A stretch of DNA of 64,000 bases from Desulfurococcaceae archaeon (GCA_020833415.1 JAJHQJ010000001.1:10516-74515), one strand, 5' to 3'; counted from the stretch's first letter, positions 37,958-47,847 are shown. Notes: a model not told the origin generated them from the sequence alone. Numbers and translations are program-made.

Positions 37958-38820
37958 CACTACTAGAGGTCCCCCTTAACGTAAGCGGTTTCTGGGTCCC
38001 GGTCAGGGGTACTTCATACCTCGATACAGGTTCCCTAGGTGCTAGCCTAACCCTCTACCCTCCAGCAGTCTTCAGGATATCCTGGGGTAGCGGGTCACCG
38101 TCAATTAATGGAGTGTACCTAGAGAACTATCACGAGGTCTCAGAGTACCTCAGAAGACGCGGAATCACACTATACGGTAATTCTCCGATACCTCTAGGTG
38201 CTGGTTCGGCTATTAGTGGGGCCGTAGCTATAGCTCTAGCTTACGCATACCTAAGTCTAACAGAGGGGTCAGACCCTAGTATGAGTAACGTGGGCTTACT
38301 AGCCCATAAGATAGAGCTCGATACCGGAGGAGGTCTAGGAGACGTTATTTGCCAGCTTACCGGAGGGGGCCTCGTCCTTAGGTGCAGACCGGGTCCTCCA
38401 GGTTATGGTGAGGCGGTAAGGATACCGGTGGAGGAGGATGTGGAGATCTCCATAGGGTTACTGAGTAGGAGGCTTACAACTAGGGAAATGCTAGAAAGGT
38501 ACTGGAGAACTTTCATAGAGGTCGGTCGCAGGGCACTTTCAAGCTTTCTCTCAAGACCTAGTTTACACACGTTCTTAGAGGTCTCTAGGTGGTTCTCAGC
38601 TGAAGTGGGTTTTCTAACACCGGAGCTGGCCTCGAAGTTAGATAACGTACTAGCTTCTCTCTCGGGGAGGGTACTGGGGTATTTTATCAAGAAGTCGTTG
38701 GTGGTAGTAGTCCACGAACCAGGTCTCGGCAAGCCCGTCAGAGACGCACTAATGAAGGGACTATGCTACTACGTAGCACCACCTTTCAGTCTAGCTAGGG
38801 AAGGAGTTAGACTACACTAG
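37954..38820 (+). CDS. GHMP-family kinase, probably archaeal pantoate kinase
   Basis: GHMP motif PLGAGSAISGAVAIALA. 4-nt overlap with coaBC. Confidence 0.55.
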   Translation: MTLLEVPLNVSGFWVPVRGTSYLDTGSLGASLTLYPPAVFRISWGSGSPSINGVYLENYHEVSEYLRRRGITLYGNSPIPLGAGSAISGAVAIALAYAYLSLTEGSDPSMSNVGLLAHKIELDTGGGLGDVICQLTGGGLVLRCRPGPPGYGEAVRIPVEEDVEISIGLLSRRLTTREMLERYWRTFIEVGRRALSSFLSRPSLHTFLEVSRWFSAEVGFLTPELASKLDNVLASLSGRVLGYFIKKSLVVVVHEPGLGKPVRDALMKGLCYYVAPPFSLAREGVRLH

Positions 38821-38893
38821 CACGGGGGGTTTCAGGGATGTCGGAGCTACGGTGTTTAGTTTAAAAGCGCTGCACTAGAAGTATATACTATGG

Positions 38894-39000
<107 letters not shown>

Positions 39001-39059
39001 CAAAACATCTCCAAGTTACGTTCTCCCCGCATCTACACTCTGCTGTTGCGGGTAATACT

Positions 39060-39250
39060 AGCGTTTCCCCGCTAACGGAATTATAGGTACACACAGATAC
39101 CATCCGGGTACCGTTAGCGGGGTTGCACCTCGGTACGGGCTCACTAGCTTCACCCGCACCCCACAGGTGCCCGTCGAGCTCAACGCCATGGGGTCCCATC
39201 TGAGTCCCTGAGTCGCTGCAGAGCGGATTATCTGGAGACTAATAATGAGA
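39060..39250 (+). ncRNA. unclassified structured element, copy B (paralogue of 2386-2578)
   Basis: Same 12-bp stem (39067-39078 / 39111-39122) and the same order of downstream stems with compensatory substitutions. Lies 59 nt after tRNA-Arg. Confidence 0.45.
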
Positions 39251-39363
39251 GCAGGAGTATTCAAACACCACTCCATAATGTTAGGTATTCACAGCTATTT
39301 ACATTTATTTAAACTCATCGACGATCGTAATAGCCTATCTTGAGGCATAGTAATAGCAGGCTT

Positions 39364-39472
39364 TGGTGCGGGGGGTGGGATTCGAACCCACGCAGGCCTA
39401 CGCCAGCGGGTCTCCAACCGGTGCTGGAAGGCCTTAAGCCCGCCCCCTTTGACCTAGCTCGGGCACCCCCGC
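39364..39472 (-). tRNA. tRNA-Leu (anticodon UAA) with ~21-nt intron, long variable arm, CCA encoded
   Basis: Acceptor GCGGGGG/CCCCCGC, anticodon stem GCGGG/CCCGC, loop CTTAAG|intron|A, T-arm GTGGG-TTCGAAT-CCCAC. Confidence 0.85.
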
Positions 39473-39627
39473 CCGAGGTTGGTTCAGTATTAAGGTTAAA
39501 AAGTCTTAAAGCTAGTAGGTGATAGGTGATTTTCTAGCTAACCTCATCCATCGGTGTGCGTGAAACCGGCCGCGGTAGTGTATAAAAGGCTTCTCGTGAC
39601 CTACTTCAGTAGGGTGCTAAGGTAAGA

Positions 39628-40362
39628 GTGAGCGAGATAGAGGAACCTCAAGTATTAAGAAGAGACATTAAAGTCTTAACTATGAAGCTTCTCTCCGCTT
39701 TAAAGGAGTTCTACACGTTCAAGGAGCTTGAGGAGATGTTAGGTCTACCTTACCAAGTACTTTGGAGGTACACAAACTTCTTAACGACTCCCGAGGAGGG
39801 GACTGCCAGGAGGATTCTACGATTAATTAGAGAGAAGAGGCTGATCGAGAGCGCCTTGGAGAGAAACTTCGAGAGGATCAAGAGCGTCAGCGATATATGG
39901 GAAGTCGTCAAGAACATAGGGTTCCTAGACCTAATAGCATTTGAAGCTATGGAGGCTCTGGAGGGGGTGGAGTTCGATGCTGTTCTAGCCTTTCCGGAGG
40001 AGTCCGGGGTTCTCGGTGCGGTTATAGCTCACTGGGCTAGGAGTGATGTATGTGTAACCTCTAGACTTGTCTCCATAGGTGAGGCCCTAGTTGAGTACTA
40101 CAGGGACAGCTCCCTATCCCTGAACTTCCTAGCAATCAGTAAGAACTGCCTACCCAGGAAGGGCCGTGTGGTACTTGCAACGCTTATGTTACACAATAGG
40201 GAAGTACTTGAGGCTTCTATAGCACTAGTCAAGAAGAACAGCTCCACACCCATAGCTCTAATTGCTGTCTTCGCATACCCCGGCGAGAACTGGGAGGAGG
40301 TCTTAAGGAACCGGGGTATAGCTAGATACAGAGTATTCAAGTACGTTAACCTTCCGCGTTAA
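39628..40362 (+). CDS. HTH protein fused to a degenerate phosphoribosyltransferase-like domain (putative regulator)
   Basis: N-terminal FKELEEMLGLPYQVLWRY. The C-terminal part aligns with the adenine-PRT fold (FDAVLAFPEESGVLGAVIA), but the PRPP loop reads VLATLMLHNREV instead of VDD..ATGGT. Confidence 0.45.
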   Translation: MSEIEEPQVLRRDIKVLTMKLLSALKEFYTFKELEEMLGLPYQVLWRYTNFLTTPEEGTARRILRLIREKRLIESALERNFERIKSVSDIWEVVKNIGFLDLIAFEAMEALEGVEFDAVLAFPEESGVLGAVIAHWARSDVCVTSRLVSIGEALVEYYRDSSLSLNFLAISKNCLPRKGRVVLATLMLHNREVLEASIALVKKNSSTPIALIAVFAYPGENWEEVLRNRGIARYRVFKYVNLPR

Positions 40363-41710
40363 TTAGGTGTGTAGTTAGGCGGAGGCTGTTTTTAAGAGCT
40401 GTTAGGAACTCGAGTAGCCTATCCCTAGTCTGATAAATACTATCCGCAGCTAAGCTCGCTGCAACCTTCCTGGCAAGCCTATCCACATCACCTGTCCTCC
40501 TAGCCTTTTCCACTTCCCCTAGGAGCTCTCCGGGTAGTCTAAGACGTTCGAGTAGACCCCCTAAAATACCTACCTCTAGGGCTTTAGCTAGGTATTCCTT
40601 AAGCTCGAAGTACAGGCTGCACAAGTGTCTCCCAACTTCCCTAAGGTCCCTGTAGTCTACCAGTAGGTTGACGGCCTCGTTAGCAAAGCCGTAGGATGCC
40701 AGTATAAGCAGGGACTTAGGGCTGGAACTAAACTTTACAGCTACAGCATCTTCGTAGAGCTTAGACCCCACCTCCACGGTGTAGGGTCTGAATGGGTCCT
40801 GGTTTGCGTACCTGATGAACCTAGACCTAACGTAGAGGTCTTTGGACCACTTACTTATGTACCTCTCCAACTCCTCAGATGTACCTATGGAGACCTCCTC
40901 AATGGGAATGTGAGGTGCCTTAACTATCTCAGAGGACTCACGTACAGTTAGTAAGAGCCCGTCATATCTCCTAGCGTTAAGTAGGTAGAGTTTGAATTCC
41001 TCATACCTGTAGAGCTCAACGTTGGGTCTAAGTATAGCTGGTTCGGGAGCCTCTAGAACGAAAGTGAAGGTCCAACCCTCATATCCTCTAAGCTTATCGT
41101 AGATACTCTCCTTCTCAGCTACGAGGTCGGCTATCTTTGCATAGGGGTTTATAACCTCTTCCAGTCCTCCGGTAATAAGCCTGCTCCCAACATACCTCAT
41201 GTTGTGGAGTACGTAGCGTGTTGCAGGGACCCACCTCTTTATTAGGGGGTTGTAGTAGAAGGTGATCTGAAACCCGTCTACTCTAGCTGTCACCTCAGCC
41301 ACCTTAACCTCCTCAGGTTTGTGGACCAGGGTTTCGCCAAGTGCTATATCGTGGGCCCTATGTGTTGGGTACGCTACCACCTGGGGCATCTCCTTCTCAA
41401 AGAGTAGTATAGTTCCAGTAGCATCTAGTGCAATAGGGAAATACCTAATGCGGGCCCTGGGATTCCAGGAGTATATGCAGAGTGCTACATCTCCCTGGTA
41501 AATACAGTTCTTCTGCAGAAGTCTAGTAAAGACGTCTAAGTACTTACTATTGAAAACATCCACCTTCTTAGTGGGCTCACCCAGCAGTGATGAGACCTCG
41601 CGAACCTCCAGAGGATCGGGCTGGTACCCTGACTCTAGGAGAGCCTTAAACCTCTCGACGATGCATATAGAATTCCCCCTACAGACATCTCGATAAGGCT
41701 CTACGATCAT
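40346..41710 (-). CDS. Rnl3-type RNA-ligase-like protein (motif I reads RVDG, not KxDG)
   Basis: AYPTHRAHDIAL ... VAEVTARVDGFQITF resembles the GFPHIKR ... EEKVDGYN region of archaeal ATP-dependent RNA ligases. Recalled from memory, not searched. Confidence 0.35.
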   Translation of the reverse strand: MIVEPYRDVCRGNSICIVERFKALLESGYQPDPLEVREVSSLLGEPTKKVDVFNSKYLDVFTRLLQKNCIYQGDVALCIYSWNPRARIRYFPIALDATGTILLFEKEMPQVVAYPTHRAHDIALGETLVHKPEEVKVAEVTARVDGFQITFYYNPLIKRWVPATRYVLHNMRYVGSRLITGGLEEVINPYAKIADLVAEKESIYDKLRGYEGWTFTFVLEAPEPAILRPNVELYRYEEFKLYLLNARRYDGLLLTVRESSEIVKAPHIPIEEVSIGTSEELERYISKWSKDLYVRSRFIRYANQDPFRPYTVEVGSKLYEDAVAVKFSSSPKSLLILASYGFANEAVNLLVDYRDLREVGRHLCSLYFELKEYLAKALEVGILGGLLERLRLPGELLGEVEKARRTGDVDRLARKVAASLAADSIYQTRDRLLEFLTALKNSLRLTTHLINAEG

Positions 41711-42162
41711 GCAGATGCACCGGTCCGTAAACTCCTAGTTATGCGAAATATTAGGTTTTCCCAGTGAGGGTTCATTTAAAACCTCCTCTTCCGAAGGACT
41801 TAACTCCTCGGTCTTCCACCAAAGTAGAGTAGGAGAGTTTCGTCGTTAATGTGTGGTTAAGTTCTCCCGGCCTACCACCACTCTTTACGAAATTTCAGAG
41901 CAGTAGTACAGAACCCCTTTAACTAGAATCGCTCGAGCGTCCAGGAAGCGTTGGAATGATTAACTAACATAGTTAACGAGGTGGTGGGGTACCTCTTTAG
42001 AGGGTTAGCACTTAGTAAGGTGCTTCAACCTCCTACCTGCCGTGAGGGACTATTCCCCCAGCTGTAGATCATTTACCATTGGCGAGGTATTGTAGTAGCC
42101 ATTCAAGTGTTGTAACACCTATAAGTGCGAAGCTCACCCCATTGAGTGAGGAGTGTGAGGCC

Positions 42163-42798
42163 CTATGTCAGTAGTAGTGCTATTAGGTGTGAGAGCGACG
42201 GTATTAGCACTACAGCATCGTACAGTCCTAAACCGCCTATAGTAATGGATCTACTACCCAGGGCTGAGTATTTTAGTGTAAGTAGGTCGCAACCTATTAG
42301 AATGGAGAGGGTGTTCGTGGCTAGAGCTAGGGGTAGGCCTACGCCCCTACCTAGGGAATGCGCTAGGTACGCACTAACGGTGGTGGAGTATAGTACTGAC
42401 GGAACTGTAGATACGGATATCCCGACGTTTCTTAGGTAACTGGAGTTAAAGCGGTAGAATATGATCGAGATGGTGAGGAGTATAACTAACTCTACGTAGT
42501 AAGTCCCGAGCTTTAGTATAGTCCACACTGCTGGAGTAATTGATAGAACCAGGAAGACAGCGGATGTTAGCGATAGGTAGATCTCAATGAAGGTACTACC
42601 ACCAAACTTAACCTTAACTACAGAGACCCCCCTCTCCCACTCTACAACATCGTAGAAATCCCCGCCAACCTTACCCAATCTTATAGTAGCTACGGGGATC
42701 CTCGCACTGTTTAATGTGCGTAGAAGGGTGTATAGAATGAAGGCTAGGAGTACTGTAGGGGTATCTAATTCGTTAAGGAGGAGTACAAGCACGTTCAA
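42163..42798 (-). CDS. polytopic membrane protein (DUF1614-like?)
   Basis: About 6 TM segments. ITIGGLGLYDAVVL resembles the IGG.G..DG motif of DUF1614. Confidence 0.4.
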   Translation of the reverse strand: MNVLVLLLNELDTPTVLLAFILYTLLRTLNSARIPVATIRLGKVGGDFYDVVEWERGVSVVKVKFGGSTFIEIYLSLTSAVFLVLSITPAVWTILKLGTYYVELVILLTISIIFYRFNSSYLRNVGISVSTVPSVLYSTTVSAYLAHSLGRGVGLPLALATNTLSILIGCDLLTLKYSALGSRSITIGGLGLYDAVVLIPSLSHLIALLLT

Positions 42799-43034
42799 GG
42801 ACCAGGTAAAGGCCGAGATCTCGGCTAGCGCTCTGGTAACCCTGTTCAGACCCCTTCAGAGAGCTCTCCAGGGTAGAGCTTTTAAGGGAGGCAGTACATA
42901 GCATTCCGTCAAAGCTATTTGCAGGGCGTTCAAGTTCGCGAAGGATTAAGTTCTCCGGTTGAAGTACTTACAACTGAGTGGGGTGCTTGTTTGAGCTGTA
43001 GCCTTTTTAGCAAGCTGAGCATAGAGTTACCTAC

Positions 43035-43349
43035 GTGGTGTATGTGAACTCCCTAACACTCATAGCTAAAGTACCTGCGAGAAATAGTGAGAGCTACCTA
43101 GCTAAGCTGAGGAGGATAGTCAGAGAACTCTCGGACTACGACCTGAGAGTAAACGTAGTCGTGGAGAGAGGTGAAAGTGCGGAACTCTACGTCCTGGGGG
43201 AGGTCATAGACTTAGGTAGAGTTAGCGTCTCTGAGGCTGTGAGTAGAGTTCTTAGCAGGATCTCGATAGAGGTATCTGATCCCGATATGCTTAATAAGCT
43301 AGCAGTAGCCGGTGCTGAGAACACCTTACTCCTTAAATCCACCGATTAA
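43035..43349 (+). CDS. small hypothetical protein
   Basis: 104-aa ORF with ordinary composition. Confidence 0.35.
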   Translation: MVYVNSLTLIAKVPARNSESYLAKLRRIVRELSDYDLRVNVVVERGESAELYVLGEVIDLGRVSVSEAVSRVLSRISIEVSDPDMLNKLAVAGAENTLLLKSTD

Positions 43350-43616
43350 ACCCTAACTAACTCAGTCAAGCTCGAAGTAACCGTCTGTCCTAGGTGCTCG
43401 CTCCTATATGTTCACGTTTACTCATCGCACCTAGGGACTTCCTCCTCACCCACCCCTCCATAGGTAGCTGCTACCTCTAGAGCGGGTCACAGGGTATTGG
43501 GGTGGATGGTACGCACCTCTCGGGAGCTACCCCACCTCGTCGGGGCACAGCCCCTCATTCACACCAATAACGGATCAGAACTTATAAACTAGGCATCAGC
43601 TACGAAATAGCCTACC

Positions 43617-45743
43617 TTAGCTAGGTAGCATACTCCGAGTTTTAAATAAGAGCTCCTTAGCGTGTTCAACCGCCTCCTCGGCCTGCTTAACCCCCATGCC
43701 GCATATTTCCGCTACCCTTTCGGGGCTACTGTTAGCTAAGTCCTTCAGGGTCTTTATCCCGGAGGCAATTAACTTCCTAGCTCTGGCCCTACCTATCCAT
43801 TTTACCTGGACCAACTCTAAGGCATCCTCCCTAACACCGGTTTCGACCCTCTTACTTAAGGTAGCTAACCTTCTCGCGTGGTCTGTAAGACCCTCAACAC
43901 CGCATATAACTCCAGAGGCGTAGAGGAGCCATTGAGCTGAGTCAACTATAACTACGAGGTCTCCTACACCTATCCCGTACTTCTCAGCTATGGTATCCTC
44001 CTTAACCTCCTCTACCCAGTCACGAAGTATTAGACCTACTTTCAGAGCTCTTAGTACATCGTAATCATCCGCCCACCCAGGTAACGGTATCTGCTCCCCC
44101 TCCTCTAGGATTTCTAGAGTAGAGTGGAGTTCCCTAGACCTCAAACTACCGAGCCTAACCCTAGGAAAGTCGGGGGTAAGCGCTATGAGGGTTAGGTAGT
44201 ATATGTCGTACAGCCCCCTACCAGGTCTTTCCTTTAGATGCTCTAGCACCATCCAGGCTGTTAGTGGGTCTACATACAGCGATGTAACGGTTTTACCTAA
44301 CTTAGTAGGTCTCAACGTACCCCCAGCTAAAACCATATCCATATTCTCTAGGAGCCTTAAGGCTTTCTCTACATCCTTAACGAGCTGTTCCCCCAACTGC
44401 CTATACGCTAGGGTTAGCTTGAGTAATTCTGTTAGGGAACCTAGATCGGTAGCCTCCTCTGAGGCTATTAAGGAGAGCGTATGTATTCTTAAAGCCCTCT
44501 CAGATTTCAAGACAGAGGTGACAGGCTCCGGAGGACTCCTAATGTACCTAAGAGCCTCCTCAGAACTTCTAGCATCGGATATGATTACTTCACCGTAGGG
44601 GTCTAGGCCGGGTCTACCAGCTCTACCGGCCATCTGCTTGTACTCAGCTATGCTAAGACTTTTCACATAGCCCTCCTCATACCTCCTTATGCTTACAGCT
44701 ACCCTTCGAGCCGGTAGGTTCACACCTGCAGCTAGCGTAGGTGTTGCCGTAACTGCACGCAGCTTTCTTCCTCTAAAACTCCTCTCGACGAACTTCCTAG
44801 TCCCTAGGGACAGTCCAGCGTGGTGGTAAGCTACGCACCTGCTAATTACGTACCTAAGGCTATCCACCTCAACTCTCGGTATTTCGAGGTTGAGTAGTTC
44901 CTCAGCTAGGTCATCACAGCGCTCCCGGGAGACTGACGCCAGTTGTCTAGCTAAACCCTCGGCGTAATGCCTTGAGTGCTTGAACATCAGGACCTGGTAA
45001 TTCTCTTCAAGGGCCTTCTTCAGTAGGTAAACCTCGAGTCCCTCAGTTGCAACCTCCTCACGTCCGTCCTCGAACACTATGGTCTTTCTTCTACTGCTGT
45101 AGTATCCCTCGATAAGCTTAACAGGTCTCCAGTTACTGTAGACTAACTCGGCATTCAACCACTCAGCAAGCTCCTCGGGATTCCCAACAGTAGCTCCCAA
45201 GCCGATCACTCTAAACCCCCTCCTCAAAGCTCTAGCTACGATAAGCTCCACAACATGCCCTCTCTCCGGGTCACCTACGTTGTGTACCTCATCTACTACT
45301 ACGGTACCAACGCTACCTATCCAGCTAGGCTTCAATCTTAGTAATGAGTCGAACCTCTCGTAAGTTGCTACAATAACGTCACACTCTGAGAGCCACTCAG
45401 ACGGTTGGTCGTAGTCCCCCGTGGTTATACATACCTTACAACCAGCTTCGTGGCACAGAACATCAAGCTCCTCGAATTTCTCCCCCGCAATACTCTTAAG
45501 GGGGACTAGGTAAACCCCCTTCAAGCCCTCCAGGACAGACTTAAGGATGGCTATGTAACCTACCAGGCTCTTACCGCTTCCCGTAGGAGACACCACCACT
45601 AAGTTGGAGTTTTTGCTAAGTAGACCCCTCCTAACGGCCTCAGCCTGAGGAGGCATTAGCATAACTACACCCAGAGCCTTCAGAACCTCCGCGATCCTCG
45701 GTATAGGTATAACGCTGTCTACCTCAGCCAGAGCCCTCCCCAC
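43617..45743 (-). CDS. hel308: Hel308 / Hjm Ski2-like DNA helicase
   Basis: Motif I SPTGSGKSL, motif II DEVH, QMAGRAGRPG motif VI, C-terminal HhH domain; 708 aa. Confidence 0.9.
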   Translation of the reverse strand: MGRALAEVDSVIPIPRIAEVLKALGVVMLMPPQAEAVRRGLLSKNSNLVVVSPTGSGKSLVGYIAILKSVLEGLKGVYLVPLKSIAGEKFEELDVLCHEAGCKVCITTGDYDQPSEWLSECDVIVATYERFDSLLRLKPSWIGSVGTVVVDEVHNVGDPERGHVVELIVARALRRGFRVIGLGATVGNPEELAEWLNAELVYSNWRPVKLIEGYYSSRRKTIVFEDGREEVATEGLEVYLLKKALEENYQVLMFKHSRHYAEGLARQLASVSRERCDDLAEELLNLEIPRVEVDSLRYVISRCVAYHHAGLSLGTRKFVERSFRGRKLRAVTATPTLAAGVNLPARRVAVSIRRYEEGYVKSLSIAEYKQMAGRAGRPGLDPYGEVIISDARSSEEALRYIRSPPEPVTSVLKSERALRIHTLSLIASEEATDLGSLTELLKLTLAYRQLGEQLVKDVEKALRLLENMDMVLAGGTLRPTKLGKTVTSLYVDPLTAWMVLEHLKERPGRGLYDIYYLTLIALTPDFPRVRLGSLRSRELHSTLEILEEGEQIPLPGWADDYDVLRALKVGLILRDWVEEVKEDTIAEKYGIGVGDLVVIVDSAQWLLYASGVICGVEGLTDHARRLATLSKRVETGVREDALELVQVKWIGRARARKLIASGIKTLKDLANSSPERVAEICGMGVKQAEEAVEHAKELLFKTRSMLPS

Positions 45744-45898
45744 AGCCGTAGCTACTGCGGAATTAGTTAAAAACTTGAAGCACGTAGTTCCTACTATAGG
45801 TTGGTCCAGAACTCTCTATTGGAGTTCAGACCTCAGCTGAGAGGTTGAAGAAGGGTTCAAACACGGTATTGCTCTACTACCTAAAACTGAGTTCACCT

Positions 45899-46075
45899 CT
45901 AGCTACGTATGGGAGGTGTGAGAAGTACTACTATGTAGTCCTGAACTTCGTTAATCTTTTTAACGCAATTATACTCCCCCACATCTATCTCTCTACAGGT
46001 GAACCCCCTCTGGGTCATATCCTCTATATAGGTCTCCAGCTCTTCCCTTAATACCTTAACTACCTTCACCGGCAC
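45899..46075 (-). CDS. possible small protein (58 aa), not in the supplied ORF track
   Basis: GTG-start ORF VPVKVVKVLREELETYIEDMTQRGFTCREIDVGEYNCVKKINEVQDYIVVLLTPPIRS. Its composition is more protein-like than the listed plus-strand ORF 45845-46051. Confidence 0.3.
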   Translation of the reverse strand: MPVKVVKVLREELETYIEDMTQRGFTCREIDVGEYNCVKKINEVQDYIVVLLTPPIRS

Positions 46076-46218
46076 CCAGATACCCTATAGACTCCTGGGG
46101 AAGGAGGTTAAACTGTCACGTTAGCAAGTAGAGCCTAGGGCTAGGCTTAAAACGCAGTAATACCGCTGCAGTTCAGGTAGGCTTTTCCGGCTTTACTCAA
46201 CCCTAGGTCTGACCTCTT

Positions 46219-46254
46219 CCCCGCTCTAAAGGGCGAGGCTTTCGGTTGTGAAGC
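46219..46254 (+). repeat. GC-hairpin-plus-tail repeat (family with 4365-4404 and 62344-62380)
   Basis: ccccgctctaaagggcgaggctttcggttgtgaagc. Confidence 0.5.
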
Positions 46255-46316
46255 TCTCCGGCTCTTTAACCTTAAGTAACGCACTCTAGGTATTATTAGA
46301 GTAGGGTAGTAGCATA

Positions 46317-47624
46317 GTGGAGGCAGAGAGCCCGCTCAGGGCTTCGAGGGGGCTGATATATTTCGAGACTTACGGGTGTACCCTTAATAAGGCTGATACA
46401 GCTTTGATGAAGAGCTTGGCCTTGGAGAAAGGGTATGGGATAGCGGAGACCCCTGAGGAGGCTGAGATCGTCGTAGTTAACACTTGCACTGTTCGCCTAG
46501 ATACCGAGGTCAGGATGCTGAGGAGGTTGCAGGAGCTTTACAGGCTCTTCGGTGATTCTAAGCGTATTGTAGTAACTGGTTGTATGGCTGCGGCACAGCC
46601 CTACACAATTAAGAGGATATCTCCCAAGGTGGTTCTGGTCTCACCCCAGAATATCACAAAGTTTTTGGAAGCAGTAGAGAGTGGGCAGGACCTAATCCTA
46701 GGAGAGAGGGATACTACCTACCTAAAGCCATACGTAGAGGGGGTCGTAGCAGCTGTGCCGATTGCTGAGGGGTGTCTGGGTCAGTGCTCCTTCTGTATAA
46801 CTAAGATAGCTAGGAGGAGACTGCGCTCCTATAGAGCGGAAACTATAGTGAGAGCTATTGAGGAGGCCGTTGGGAAGGGTGCTGTCGAGATTGAACTAGC
46901 AGCCCAGGACTCCGGGTGCTACGGACTCGACATAGGGTTGAGGCTACCCGACCTCGTTAGAGAGATCCTGGGCAAGGTTAAGGGGAGGTACGTACTTAGG
47001 ATAGGTATGGCTAACCCTGATACCGTACTTAGCATACTTGACGAACTTGTGGAAGTATTGAGGGAGCCTAGGGTCTACAAATACCTCCACATACCCCTAC
47101 AATCAGCTGACGATAGGGTGCTGAAGCTTATGAAGAGGAGGTATACGTACGACGAGTTCAGGGGGCTTGTCTTAGAGCTCAGGAGGAAGGTTGTCGGCAT
47201 ATCCATAGCTACGGACATAATAGTTGGGCACCCGGGGGAGGATGACGAGGCCTTTGGGAGAACACTAAGAGCTGTTGAGGAGCTCCAGTTCGATAAGGTC
47301 CACATAGCTCAATACACGATTAGACCGAGAACCGAGTCGGCAGCCATGGAGCAGGTTCCAGAGAGCGTTAAGAAGCTTAGGTCGGGGATTCTATCTAAGT
47401 TAGTTGAGAGGATAGGGCTGGAGATAAACCGGGAGTACGTAGGGTCCTTGGCTAAGATTCTCGTAACCCATAGGAGTATCCGCGGTAGTGCTATTGGTAG
47501 GACGTACAACTACAAGCCAGTAGTACTCGTCGGCAGTGAAGACAGGTATAGGCTGGGAGAGGAGTACATGGTATTTATAAGTAGTGCCACCTTCTTCGAC
47601 CTCCGCGGGTACGTCTCAAGCTAG
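46317..47624 (+). CDS. radical-SAM methylthiotransferase, archaeal MiaB-like (CDKAL1/MtaB type)
   Basis: N-terminal UPF0004 cysteines (YGCTLN...NTCTV...GC), radical SAM CLGQCSFC, C-terminal TRAM-like segment. Confidence 0.85.
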   Translation: MEAESPLRASRGLIYFETYGCTLNKADTALMKSLALEKGYGIAETPEEAEIVVVNTCTVRLDTEVRMLRRLQELYRLFGDSKRIVVTGCMAAAQPYTIKRISPKVVLVSPQNITKFLEAVESGQDLILGERDTTYLKPYVEGVVAAVPIAEGCLGQCSFCITKIARRRLRSYRAETIVRAIEEAVGKGAVEIELAAQDSGCYGLDIGLRLPDLVREILGKVKGRYVLRIGMANPDTVLSILDELVEVLREPRVYKYLHIPLQSADDRVLKLMKRRYTYDEFRGLVLELRRKVVGISIATDIIVGHPGEDDEAFGRTLRAVEELQFDKVHIAQYTIRPRTESAAMEQVPESVKKLRSGILSKLVERIGLEINREYVGSLAKILVTHRSIRGSAIGRTYNYKPVVLVGSEDRYRLGEEYMVFISSATFFDLRGYVSS

Positions 47625-47656
47625 GGACGTAGGTGTAGAGAGCTCATAACTGGAAG

Positions 47657-47676
47657 CCCCGCCTCTCAAGGCGGGG
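47657..47676. repeat. CCCCGCC-N6-GGCGGGG hairpin repeat
   Basis: Perfect 7-bp stem, loop TCTCAA, 33 nt after the methylthiotransferase stop. Confidence 0.6.
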
Positions 47677-47847
47677 AGGTGGAAGCTTACAGGTCTCTGC
47701 TCCAGCATCTCTTGGAGTTGGGTGTAGGCGAGTCTAGCAGGCCGTGAGCCAGCACCTCCACGTAGCTGGAGGCGGGGTCTGAACAGTGATGCCGCACCCG
47801 CGGGGGCTTCCGATAGATGGGGGAAGGCCCCAGAGGGTGCAGAGCCC

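Noticed and set aside
45845-46051. Listed plus-strand ORF of 68 aa
   Set aside because: Poor composition (YYLKLSSPLATYGRCEKYYY..). It is fully overlapped by a more protein-like minus-strand 58-aa ORF, itself reported only at low confidence.
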